A DNA stretch of 64,000 bases from a virus. Each line of letters opens with the position of its first letter. Positions within the stretch are counted from its first letter, which is position 1. The DNA lies in IMG/VR virus record IMGVR_UViG_3300029117_000001, positions 3,829 to 67,828 of that record, one strand, 5' to 3'. Position numbers and translations under genes: made by a program. Below the pieces are notes generated by a model. It did no database searches. It worked only from the letters and a program-made list of their open reading frames with translations, and was not told the origin of the DNA. Shown here in pieces: positions 37,653-46,581 of the stretch.

Positions 37653-38102
37653 ATGCCAAAATGGACAGAATACACATCAAAAGATACATTAGCGGATAAT
37701 GACGAAGTAATGCTGTATGACGCAACTGCGAGAGCAAACAAGCGCGGACTGATGAGCAAATTTTGGGATTATGTCGTGGATAAAATGTCAACGGCTGTTA
37801 TCAGTAAATTGGAAACGGAAAACAAGACAATTATTGGGGCACTTAACACATTAAATAGTGAAAGCTCAATAAGTCTTTGTAAGGTGATCTCTGGTGAAAA
37901 TACGTTTTCTTCGGAATTAAAAGGAAAATCATACAAAGCTATTATTGGATTCTTTTATGAACCATCCGACAATCCTTTTTCTTTTGGAAGTGGGTATTTT
38001 ATTGCTTTTCAAGCAACATATCTACAAGAAGCCAGCAGTTTTGTTATTATTGGGGCTAGCCTCACTGGAATAATTGAAAATAAATTTGTTAAGTTAAAAT
38101 GA
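37653..38102 (+). CDS. hypothetical protein
   Basis: RBS AAAGGAGGGCAACAACATG. Confidence 0.4.
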   Translation: MPKWTEYTSKDTLADNDEVMLYDATARANKRGLMSKFWDYVVDKMSTAVISKLETENKTIIGALNTLNSESSISLCKVISGENTFSSELKGKSYKAIIGFFYEPSDNPFSFGSGYFIAFQATYLQEASSFVIIGASLTGIIENKFVKLK

Positions 38103-38337
38103 TGAATGTCATAAAATCACATGATCTTTATCCCAATCTTTTTCATATCGAGCAACGGAGGAATTCTTTGGCTGGATTATTAACTCAAATAATTGCTACA
38201 AGGTTATTTAAAAGTACTAATAAAAATAGGATTGGAATATATATCGCATTCAAAAATTAGTGAAAAGTATCACCGCTGCTCGATATGAAAAAAGGTGTAT
38301 GGACTAAAATTGTGTAATAGTGAAGCTCGAATGTTTA

Positions 38338-38598
38338 AAGTAATGTTTTCCAGTCACTCCATGTACCATTTGTGGTATCCATTCTGACACCAATTTTCCC
38401 ATTATATGTCGAATAAAATTGGACGCTTCTATTTAAGGAACATTTAATAGTGACAATTGTTGAATATCCTAATGGATATCCGTAGGAATTAGAATCATTT
38501 GCGCACATGGAAATGCCAATTGGATAATCTATTGGTAGAGTATCTGCCGTGTATTCTTTGATTTTTAGTATTTTGTTCGAAAACTGGCAATCACTATT
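38338..38598 (-). pseudogene. start-less C-terminal remnant of a receptor-binding/tail-fibre-like protein
   Basis: An 87-codon stop-free frame on the minus strand in AT-rich DNA with no start codon (the only internal ATG lies deep inside). Translation ends ...GKIGVRMDTTNGTWSDWKTLL. Confidence 0.3.
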
Positions 38599-38798
38599 TT
38601 ATGTGTTAGAGAGCTGCGGAAATTATAGCCTCCTTATCACGGTACAGCTATACTTGTGGTAAGGAGGTGATGTCATTATGACAGAGAATTTAATCATGGT
38701 AGGTATATTGTATAAAAAGTTTATGTTAAAGAGCATCCCATTTGGGGTGCTTTTTATTATGCACTTTTTTAACCTCAACAATGAAAGGAGAACATACA

Positions 38799-39604
38799 TG
38801 AATATCAATACCTCATTAATCAGCAACAACAACAGCTACGCCGGACAGACACCTCTGTATATTGTCATCCACAATACGGATAATACCGCCAAGACAGCAG
38901 ATGCCAAGGCACACGCCACCGCACAGCATAACGGCAATTTTCATGGCTATTCAGCCCACGTATTCGTTGATGATAAATCAGCATACCAAGCTTTGCCGTA
39001 TAATCGTGGAGCATGGCACGTTGGCGTAAATTACGGCAGTAAGCTTTTTGGAACTATAAACAATCACAACTCTATCGGGATTGAAATGTGCATGAATGCC
39101 GGTTACAACTACGAAAAGGCATTCCAAAATACAGTTGATGTATGTAAGAAGCTTATGAAAAAATACGGCATTCCGGCAAGCCGAGTTGTTCAGCACTACG
39201 ATGTTTGCGCTAAGAATTGTCCTTCCGTTATCCGTGGAAAGGGTGACTGGAATAGATTTAAGAAGCTTATTTCCAGTGAAACCGTGACAGTTCCAACCAC
39301 AAAGCCGACAGTAAAGATTGACAAGTATTACCGTGTCCGCAAGACCTGGAAGGATTCCAAGAGCCAGATCGGGGCGTACAAGTCACTCAAAAATGCAAAG
39401 AAAGCTTGCAAAGCCGGTTATTCTGTTTTTGATTGGAATGGAAAAGCTGTGTATTCCGTGACTGCAAAGAAAAGTGTAGCCAAGGTAGCAAAAGAGGTAA
39501 TTAACGGCGAGTGGGGGAACGGACAAGATAGACGAGACCGCCTGGAAGCTGCCGGCTACAACTACGCAGAAGTGCAGAAAAAAGTCAATGAATTACTGAA
39601 ATAA
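38799..39604 (+). CDS. endolysin: N-acetylmuramoyl-L-alanine amidase (Amidase_2/PGRP fold) with a C-terminal cell-wall-binding region
   Basis: PLYIVIHNTDNTA ... GYSAHVFVDD ... HYDVCAKNCP are amidase_2 zinc and catalytic motifs; C-terminal INGEWGNGQDRRDRLEAAGYNYAEVQKKVNELL is the lysin C-terminal motif. Strong RBS GAAAGGAG. An in-frame alternative start at 38678 adds a 40-aa hydrophobic extension. Confidence 0.8.
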
Positions 39605-39609
39605 TAATA

Positions 39610-39631
39610 CTCCCGGGGCTTTCCCCGGGAG
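39610..39631. terminator. bidirectional terminator hairpin between convergent genes
   Basis: CTCCCGGGG-cttt-CCCCGGGAG perfect stem. Confidence 0.5.
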
Positions 39632-40333
39632 TTACTTAAATGTCGTATATTCTTCAAATTCGTTTCTTATTTTTGCAAAGTCTTTTCTTCTGATAGGCAC
39701 AGTATTTCCAGAAAACATAAGGAACGAAGTGTTTATTTCTTTTACCTCGTCCATGTTTATTATGTAGCTCTGGTGACACCTCAAGAATCTGGAATCCAGT
39801 AATTCTTCAATATCGGATAGTTTACATCGTTCCGTATAAACTATACCGCAAGTGCAGTGGATAATGATGTATTTGTTTCGGCTCTCAATATATTCGATAT
39901 TTTGAAACTCCACCCGATGAATAAAGTCTTTTCCTTTTATCATAAGAGTGCTTTTGCTGATATGTTCCAGAGCATGATTGAAAGCACTATACATTCTGCC
40001 GTTTTCAGAACCTTTTATGATATAGTGTACCGGGAGTATATCAAGAGCTTCAAAAACATACTCTTTGTGGGCTGTCCAGAAAATAATATTTCCATTATAG
40101 CCATTTAATCTCAATTCCTTTGCGACTTCAATTCCATTTTCTTCTTTCAAAACGATATCCAAAACCACAATATCATACCACTCGCCATCTGCCACATCAT
40201 CAATAAGCGGCTGCCCTTTATCATACGGAGTAATCAATGCTTTTATATCACCATTTCGTTTGAGAAAATTATTAATCCGATGCATAAATATATCAATCTG
40301 GATTTCGCTATCATCACATATTGCAATTCTCAT
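39632..40333 (-). CDS. LytTR-family response regulator (receiver plus LytTR DNA-binding domain), orphan
   Basis: Receiver motifs MRIAICDDS and IVVLDIVL (acidic pocket) with K at the FWTAHKEY position; C-terminal LytTR domain (FIHRVEFQNIEYIESRNKYIIIHC ... LRCHQSYIINMDEV). No adjacent histidine kinase. Confidence 0.8.
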   Translation of the reverse strand: MRIAICDDSEIQIDIFMHRINNFLKRNGDIKALITPYDKGQPLIDDVADGEWYDIVVLDIVLKEENGIEVAKELRLNGYNGNIIFWTAHKEYVFEALDILPVHYIIKGSENGRMYSAFNHALEHISKSTLMIKGKDFIHRVEFQNIEYIESRNKYIIIHCTCGIVYTERCKLSDIEELLDSRFLRCHQSYIINMDEVKEINTSFLMFSGNTVPIRRKDFAKIRNEFEEYTTFK

Positions 40334-40356
40334 TCAAATCATCTCTTTTCACGTAA

Positions 40357-40386
40357 AATTCGCCACCAGAGGTGCTAATTTCGCCA
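40357..40386. promoter_or_regulatory. LytTR box: imperfect 9-bp direct repeats with a 12-bp spacer
   Basis: AATTCGCCA-ccagaggtgcta-ATTTCGCCA between the divergent response-regulator gene and gene 40464. Confidence 0.5.
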
Positions 40387-40463
40387 TTTCCTGTGTGATT
40401 GTATATTTTTTGATACAATGTTATTGTAATACATTAAGATGATAGTGTAAAGGGGGTGGATTC

Positions 40464-40820
40464 ATGGAGAAACATAAAAAAATCATAATTGTGTTTATAC
40501 TGATATTCGTGCAGGCGTTCTTGATTCAATACGTTTACTTCCGCCCGGAGCGTAGTATTATCTTTGGGAGGGGTAAAACTATCGCAATTGCAAAAGCAGA
40601 GGTAAAACAGGTTGTCCATGAGCGCTATAAATCCCTCGCTGACAAGCATCCAGCCCCTTTATTTCTATCTACATATATAACGAATGAAAAGTACCAAAAT
40701 CACAATATCTATACTGAAAAAATCATAATTTGCAATAATATCGAGGAAAAGCAACTTGCCAGAAAGGATTTAAGCGGAGATGATTCCATTCCAGTATATA
40801 GTTATGAAAACATGATATAA
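40464..40820 (+). CDS. small secreted/membrane-anchored protein
   Basis: RBS AAAGGGGGTGGATTCATG; N-terminal hydrophobic segment IIIVFILIFVQAFLIQYVYF. Confidence 0.45.
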   Translation: MEKHKKIIIVFILIFVQAFLIQYVYFRPERSIIFGRGKTIAIAKAEVKQVVHERYKSLADKHPAPLFLSTYITNEKYQNHNIYTEKIIICNNIEEKQLARKDLSGDDSIPVYSYENMI

Positions 40821-40971
40821 TTTAATAAGCAGGAACAAATGTTTGGAATATTGGGAGGGATTTACGTGGATTACAAGAAAGAAATTATTGAGATTATTGA
40901 AAAAATGCACAACATAACTTTTATTGCGATGATTCATGCGTTTGCGAAAAAATTATATCAAAAGGAAAAAG

Positions 40972-41006
40972 GGCAGGAGAGTTAATCTCCTGCCTCATTT
41001 TATTTT
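40972..41006. terminator. terminator
   Basis: GGCAGGAG-agttaat-CTCCTGCC followed by TCATTTTATTTT. Confidence 0.5.
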
Positions 41007-41350
41007 ACAAAACGTTCCATAAATTTCCAAAAAAGTTCTTTATCCTCTCTGGAAAGCTGATAATATTTCATTATTGCCTCTTTCGCTTTTATATCGTCAG
41101 TAGATATAGAAGCGCATATATTACTGAATTCTATATCTTCTTTTTTTTGCGGATCTCCTTCACCAGTACGAAGCCATTTTTCATCAACCCCATATTTTTG
41201 ACAAATAAGTGCGATTACTCCATCTGATGGAGTACGCCTGCCAGCTTCATAACTTGATACGTTAGAAAATGGTATTCCTAAATCATCCGAAAAATCCTTT
41301 TGAGTTTTAAAACCTAATATTTTTCGTAATTCTTTTAAACGTTCTTTCAA
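41000..41350 (-). CDS. XRE-family HTH transcriptional repressor (prophage repressor candidate)
   Basis: LKELRKILGFKTQKDFSDDLGIPFSNVSSYEAGRRTP is a canonical XRE/Cro-cI HTH; divergent from the early rightward promoter. Confidence 0.7.
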   Translation of the reverse strand: MKERLKELRKILGFKTQKDFSDDLGIPFSNVSSYEAGRRTPSDGVIALICQKYGVDEKWLRTGEGDPQKKEDIEFSNICASISTDDIKAKEAIMKYYQLSREDKELFWKFMERFVK

Positions 41351-41380
41351 TTAGAATCACCTCCTTTTCACATCCTTATT

Positions 41381-41486
41381 GTACACCAAAAGAAAGTTAA
41401 AATCAATATAAAAATGTACAAAGTACAAATTTATGCTTGACATAGAATGCACTTAGTGATATATTATGATTGTACAAAGTACAAAA
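41381..41486. promoter_or_regulatory. lysogeny switch region: divergent promoters with repeated TGTACAAAGTACAA operators
   Basis: TGTACAAAGTACAA at 41415 and 41471, TTGTACACC at 41381; -35 TTGACA (41437) and -10 TATATTAT (about 41461). Confidence 0.55.
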
Positions 41487-41504
41487 AGAAAGGAAGTGAA
41501 TATA

Positions 41505-41659
41505 TGAAAATGTTTGAAAGAAACGATGTAGAGGATGGAAAGCGTATTGCTGATATTTTTGCTACATTATCAGAAGAAAACAAGAACATGGCAATCGTTT
41601 ATCTGTCAGCATTGCGAGATAAGGAAATTGCTGATTCAAGTAAAAGAGAGAGTTCTTAA
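41505..41659 (+). CDS. small early protein (51 aa)
   Basis: RBS AAAGGAAGTGAATATATG; first gene of the rightward early transcript. Confidence 0.35.
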
Positions 41660-41670
41660 TGGAGGGACGA

Positions 41671-41942
41671 TGAAAACATCAAAAGTTGAAATCAGACAGG
41701 TAGAAGGAGAAAAAGGAATTTATACCGAAATTCTGATTGACGGTCATAAGCTTGAGGGAGTAAGAAGTTTTGAATTAAAACAGGGAATTGGTGATTGCGT
41801 TCCTATTCTTTCCATTGATCTGAATGCTTTAAATTTATCCACGGACTTGCAGATGTTGCAGGTGAACCAGAAAGGTATCGGGGAAATTGAGGGAATCAAG
41901 TTTAAAAGCTCACCAAGGATGCTGAAATTTCAAGCAGAATAG
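41671..41942 (+). CDS. hypothetical protein
   Basis: RBS TAATGGAGGGACGATG; a hairpin GGCTCTC ... GAGAGCC follows. Confidence 0.4.
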
Positions 41943-42267
41943 GCTCTCATATTTCAGAGAGCCAAACAGAATTATTTTGAAGCTTTTAAAATGGAACATT
42001 GTTTCGGATTTGAACAACATCCAGTTTTGCTTGCATAATTACACTTAATTCGACCTATTGTGTAATTAGGCGTCAAATCATCCAATGATCCAGTATTAAT
42101 GAGAGAAGCTTCAATGGAATAATTTTTGTTCTGCTTATCGCAGAAACCATTAAATACCAATAATCATCACCTCCCTTCTTATAGGGAGTATAACACAAGA
42201 AAGGAGGAAAATCATAGACGATTTAGTTTATCTTCAGAATGAAGAAGCTGTCTGTGATAGTTTACAG

Positions 42268-42891
42268 GTGGCTGAGAAATTTGGGAAAAGACATGACAAA
42301 CTCATTTCCGAAATTGAAAGAATGTATTCTGATTTGATTGGAAAAGGGTGTGCTCAAAATGGTGGAGACCCCTTATTTATTAAAAGCAGTTATGTACATC
42401 CTCAAAATAAACAGACTTATCCATTTTATATAATGAATAGGGATGGATTTTCTTTACTAGTAATGGGATTTACAGGGAAAGAAGCCCTTGAATGGAAATT
42501 GCAATACATAAAAGCTTTTAACCAGATGGAGAATTTCATTCGTGAGAAATCAACCCAGGTTTGGATTGAAACCAGAAAAGCCGGGAAACTTACCAGAAAG
42601 GCAGAAACCGATACTATTCAGAAACTTGTTGAATACGCCAAAGTACAGGGAAGCAGTCATGCAGAAATGCTTTACATGACATATTCCAAATTAGCAAACA
42701 AGATGGCTGGAATCAATAAGAGAGATGAAGCTACGGTAATGCAACTCAACAATCTGTCCTTGATGGAAAATATTATCTTACATGAAATTGATCTCGGAAT
42801 CATGCAAGAAAAACATTATAAGGAAATCTACAAAGATTGCAAGAAGAGATTGGAGACAGTTAAAGATTTGGCTTATCTGGAAGCGGTTTGA
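42268..42891 (+). CDS. phage regulatory protein Rha (second paralog); start ambiguous
   Basis: VAEKFGKRHDKLISEIERM ... DGFSLLVMGFTGKEALEWKLQYIKAFNQME parallels the Rha at 31914. The conserved Rha N-terminus continues in-frame upstream (IDDLVYLQNEEAVCDSLQ) back to an ATA codon 6 nt after GGAGG, with no ATG. Confidence 0.55.
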   Translation: MAEKFGKRHDKLISEIERMYSDLIGKGCAQNGGDPLFIKSSYVHPQNKQTYPFYIMNRDGFSLLVMGFTGKEALEWKLQYIKAFNQMENFIREKSTQVWIETRKAGKLTRKAETDTIQKLVEYAKVQGSSHAEMLYMTYSKLANKMAGINKRDEATVMQLNNLSLMENIILHEIDLGIMQEKHYKEIYKDCKKRLETVKDLAYLEAV

Positions 42892-43474
42892 GAGGAAAAT
42901 TCATAAGGAGGTGGGAAGATTACAATTATCAAATTTAAAAATGGGGAAACAATCGAAATTCCGTGCGTGTTCCCGGATGATATTGTGAAACCAGATATTA
43001 GAGATCAACTGATGCGCTTAGAATGGGATGATGGGGGAAAACAATATTGCTTGAAGTTTAACCCAGTAGATGTGCTCTATGTAAAAGAGATTACATAAAG
43101 CACACCAGATAATTATCTAACTGATGGGTATTCTGTTGCAGTTGCTTTTCCAACTTTGACAGGTTCTTTGCTTAAAAAGGTAAGAAATTCATCGTTGTAT
43201 GCGTGGTACAATTTAAGAATTTCTTTTGAACCAGAACCTCCTTTAAGGAGATTATAACATAAGAATTACTATAAGAAAATTTGTGAGAGGTTGAACAGAT
43301 AATGAAAAAGAAAATCGGAAATAGTATGCGTATTCCAAAAAGTTTCCGTGGACAAATAGTGGATGTGAAACCATACCATGAAGAAGGAAGGACTGTATGG
43401 ACGTTTTGGCTGTTTGGTGAAAAATGGATAGCTTTTGAAAATTGGATTTTTGATGAAAATTGGAAAGGAGACTA

Positions 43475-44248
43475 ATGAACGAATTACAGATTTTTAATTC
43501 TCCAGAGTTCGGAGATATTCGAACAGTAATGGTTGAAAACGAACCAATGTTTTGTTTATCTGATGTTTGCAGAGCGTTGGAGATAACAAATGTTGGAAAT
43601 GTAAAACAACGGTTATCCGAAAAGGGTATCCGTACTATGGATACCCTTACAAAAGGTGGAAACCAGAAACTTCTGTACATCAATGAAGCTAATTTGTACA
43701 AAACAATATTCCAAAGCCGAAAAGAATCAGCACAACGTTTTACAGATTGGGTGACAGATGAAGTCCTACCATCCATCCGAAAGAACGGTGGTTACATTTT
43801 AGGACAAGAAACTCTTTCTGATGAAGAATTGATGACGAAAGCAATTCTGGTAGCGCAGAAGAAAATCGCAGAGAGAGACAAGATTATCGAAAAGCAAAGA
43901 CTAAAAATTGAAGCAGACAAGCCGAAAACGATCTTTGCCGATGCAGTATCAACCAGCCACACTTCAATCCTTATTGGAGACCTCGCAAAGTTAATTTGTC
44001 AGAACGGTATCCAGACAGGACAGAAGAGATTATTCCAGTGGATGCGAGAAAATGGATATCTGATGAAGTTTGGTGCAAGTTACAATATGCCAATGCAGAG
44101 ATACATTGAACAAGGGCTATTTGAAGTTAAGGAATCCAGTGTTCAGAATCCAGACGGAAGTGTTCGAGTAACGAGAACCACAAAAGCTACTGGAAAAGGG
44201 CAACTGTATTTTATCAATAAGTTTCTTGGAAATGAAATGGCAAGTTAA
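43475..44248 (+). CDS. antirepressor with a BRO-N domain and a KilA-C-type C-terminal domain
   Basis: N-terminus LQIFNSPEFGDIRTVMVENEPMFCLSDVCRALEI is a BRO-N signature; the C-terminal region matches KilAC-type antirepressors. Confidence 0.65.
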   Translation: MNELQIFNSPEFGDIRTVMVENEPMFCLSDVCRALEITNVGNVKQRLSEKGIRTMDTLTKGGNQKLLYINEANLYKTIFQSRKESAQRFTDWVTDEVLPSIRKNGGYILGQETLSDEELMTKAILVAQKKIAERDKIIEKQRLKIEADKPKTIFADAVSTSHTSILIGDLAKLICQNGIQTGQKRLFQWMRENGYLMKFGASYNMPMQRYIEQGLFEVKESSVQNPDGSVRVTRTTKATGKGQLYFINKFLGNEMAS

Positions 44249-44322
44249 AAGAAAAAGAAATTCTTCCAGTCATTGAGATGTTGGAAGAAACAGCATAAAT
44301 AAAAACAAGGAGGAAAAATAGC

Positions 44323-44604
44323 ATGATTAAATTCGAAAACGGTTTAGTTAACATTTCTGGTAAAGGGATTGATATTCTTTCAGAGTATGCAGTTATTACC
44401 CATGAAATTAAAGAGATGTTCGTAAAGGATGGTGGAGAAGAGGAAGAAGTAAAAGAGCAGCTTAGACATTCGTTCGAGCATGGCCTTATGAACGAGGAAG
44501 AACTTGACAAGCGGTTTATTGAAGCTATGAAAGATCCTGGTTTAGTAGGAATGTTAATTGGAGCAGCTGGGCTTTCGTTATTATTCGGTCAGAAGGACAA
44601 GTAG
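44323..44604 (+). CDS. hypothetical protein whose 3' end abuts or overlaps the left end of the IS
   Basis: RBS AAGGAGGAAAAATAGCATG. Confidence 0.4.
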   Translation: MIKFENGLVNISGKGIDILSEYAVITHEIKEMFVKDGGEEEEVKEQLRHSFEHGLMNEEELDKRFIEAMKDPGLVGMLIGAAGLSLLFGQKDK

Positions 44605-44605
44605 A

Positions 44606-45760
44606 TTGCTGAAGAGTTTCAAGACAGAGATCGACCCTACCAAAGAGCAGAAGACCAAAATACATAAGACAATCGGCACATGCAGATATATTTATAATTT
44701 TTACCTGTTTCATAATAAAGAACGTTATGATGCCGGCAAAAGATTTATGAGTGGCAAGGCGTTCAGTGTATGGCTGAATAATGAGTATCTTCCGAATCAT
44801 CCAGAATATTCATGGATCAGAAAGGTCAGTTCCAAATCAGTAAAGAATGCGATCGAAAATGCATGCACAGCGTTTTTAAGATTTTTTCATCATCAGAGCG
44901 GTTTTCCAAGATATAAGAAAAAAGGAAGATCTGATGTGAAAATGTATTTTGTAAGGAATAATCCAAAAGACTGTTTTTGCGAAAGGCACAGGATCAAGAT
45001 TCCTACACTTGGATGGGTAAGGCTGAAAGAAAAAGGGTATCTCCCGACATCTAAGGATGGATATGTGATCCGAAGTGGAGCAGTTTCTATGAAAGCAGGA
45101 AGATATTATGTTTCTGCGCTTATCGAAGTACCAGCACCGGAAGTGGGTAAAAATTTCAGTGATGGGATCGGGATCGATCTGGGGATTAAGGATCTGGCTA
45201 TTGTGTCGAATGGAACTATATACAGAAATATCAATAAAACCGCACAGATCAGAAAACTTGAGAAACAATTAAGACGGGGACAGCGAAAGCTTTCCAGCAA
45301 ATCTGAAAATTTAAAGAAAGGAGAGTTCACTCAAAGAGCAAATATACGAAAACAAAAGCTCAAGGTACAGAAACTTTATCACCGGATGGAAAATATCCGT
45401 ACAGATCATATAAATAAGGCAATATCTGAGATTGTGAAAACCAAGCCGTCTCACATAACGATTGAGGATCTGAACGTATCCGGGATGATGAAGAACCGGA
45501 ATCTCTCAAAAGCAGTTGCGTCACAAAAATTCTATGAATTCCGGATGAAACTGAAAGCAAAATGTGCAGAATATGGAATCGAACTGAGGGTAGTTGATAG
45601 GTGGTATCCATCTTCAAAGATCTGTCATTGTTGTGGATGTATCAAAAAAGATCTGAAACTTTCGGACAGGATCTACAGATGTGTATGCGGTTATACTGAA
45701 GACAGAGATTTCAATGCAGCACTGAATCTGAGGGATGCTAAGACTTACGAAATTGCATGA
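44606..45760 (+). CDS. tnpB: TnpB (RuvC-like RNA-guided nuclease of IS200/IS605 family)
   Basis: LLKSFKTEIDPTKEQ N-terminus typical of TnpB; RuvC-I GIDLGIKDLA, RuvC-II ITIEDLNVSGM, zinc finger CHCCGC ... CVCGY, RuvC-III DRDFNAALN. TTG start at 44606 inferred; an in-frame ATG at 44558 is the alternative. Confidence 0.8.
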   Translation: MLKSFKTEIDPTKEQKTKIHKTIGTCRYIYNFYLFHNKERYDAGKRFMSGKAFSVWLNNEYLPNHPEYSWIRKVSSKSVKNAIENACTAFLRFFHHQSGFPRYKKKGRSDVKMYFVRNNPKDCFCERHRIKIPTLGWVRLKEKGYLPTSKDGYVIRSGAVSMKAGRYYVSALIEVPAPEVGKNFSDGIGIDLGIKDLAIVSNGTIYRNINKTAQIRKLEKQLRRGQRKLSSKSENLKKGEFTQRANIRKQKLKVQKLYHRMENIRTDHINKAISEIVKTKPSHITIEDLNVSGMMKNRNLSKAVASQKFYEFRMKLKAKCAEYGIELRVVDRWYPSSKICHCCGCIKKDLKLSDRIYRCVCGYTEDRDFNAALNLRDAKTYEIA

Positions 45761-45935
45761 TCTCGCAAGCGTAAGTATGTACCGAAGGCTATTTCGGGAA
45801 TTAACGACTGTGGAGTGTACTTAGGATCTGTGAGTAGAGATAACTTCGGTTACTTAAAAACATACACGAAGAAACAGTAAGCGGTATTCGTGAGAATCCG
45901 CATTATCTCGATGTGAGTATGTTTGATCACATTTT
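45650..45935 (+). ncRNA. candidate TnpB omega-RNA (right-end RNA)
   Basis: Inferred from position (3' end of tnpB plus downstream stem-loops CCGAAGGCTATTTCGGG and GCGGTATTC ... GAATCCGC). Confidence 0.3.
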
Positions 45936-45937
45936 GA

Positions 45938-46135
45938 GTGGCAGGACTAAGCATGGGAGAAACTAAGAGTACAGATTATATTCCAGAGAACGTCAATGAA
46001 GAATATGCACTTCTGGTTGGAAGATTAAAGGCATTTGAAGCTTGGGCGAATAATGTGAGAGATTATGATTTCACAAAGGACATGGCATTCAGAATGCTTG
46101 GGCTTGATGTAGAAAAACAAACAAAAGCAGATTAA
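45938..46135 (+). CDS. hypothetical small protein immediately right of the IS
   Basis: GTG or ATG (45953) start; a hairpin GTGTCC ... GGACAC follows. Confidence 0.3.
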   Translation: MAGLSMGETKSTDYIPENVNEEYALLVGRLKAFEAWANNVRDYDFTKDMAFRMLGLDVEKQTKAD

Positions 46136-46581
46136 GTGTCCTGGAAGGTGCGGACACACCAACCAGGACGGTATCTAACTAAGAATGAGTTAGTTAAATA
46201 CAGGATTATTATAACACAACCTCCTGTATTTGACAAACAAAAATATAACAGGAGGACTTTTTATGCAAAAAAATGGCGAAAATCAGCCACTTTCCAGCGA
46301 AATCATTGCTGATCTGGAAGAAAAGCTGATGGCAAGAAATGTAATTATCGCTATTCTGGCAGCTGCACTTGCAGTAACCACATCCAGAAGAAAGTGAGGA
46401 CAAAATGAAAGAGGTGGTAAATGCAATAGGAGAAATATTTGTAGGAATAGGGATGTTTGCAGTGATATTCTTCATCGCATGGATTCTTACATCATTTGAT
46501 GTTATCGGGGTGTTCTTCGTATCAACAGTCTTATTCTTAATGGTGTTTCTTCCTATTATATTAGAAATGGAGGAAAAGTAA

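Larger units (their letters stand above)
44550..45935 (+). mobile_element. IS200/IS605-family element carrying only tnpB (IS1341-like); boundaries approximate
   Basis: Single TnpB ORF with about 175 nt of structured 3' non-coding sequence; no TnpA. Confidence 0.55.

Noticed and set aside
44558-44605. In-frame ATG at 44558 giving TnpB a 16-aa N-terminal extension
   Set aside because: TnpB homologs begin at the LLKSFK..PTKEQ segment (TTG 44606). The ATG lies inside the upstream gene. Kept as an alternative in the feature evidence.
44590-45960. Idea that 44323-44604 and 45938-46135 are two halves of one gene split by the IS (both show AGLS at the junction)
   Set aside because: The shared AGLS residues use different codons, so it is not a DNA-level duplication. 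IS200/605 elements make no target duplications. Coincidence is more likely, and this cannot be resolved without homologs.
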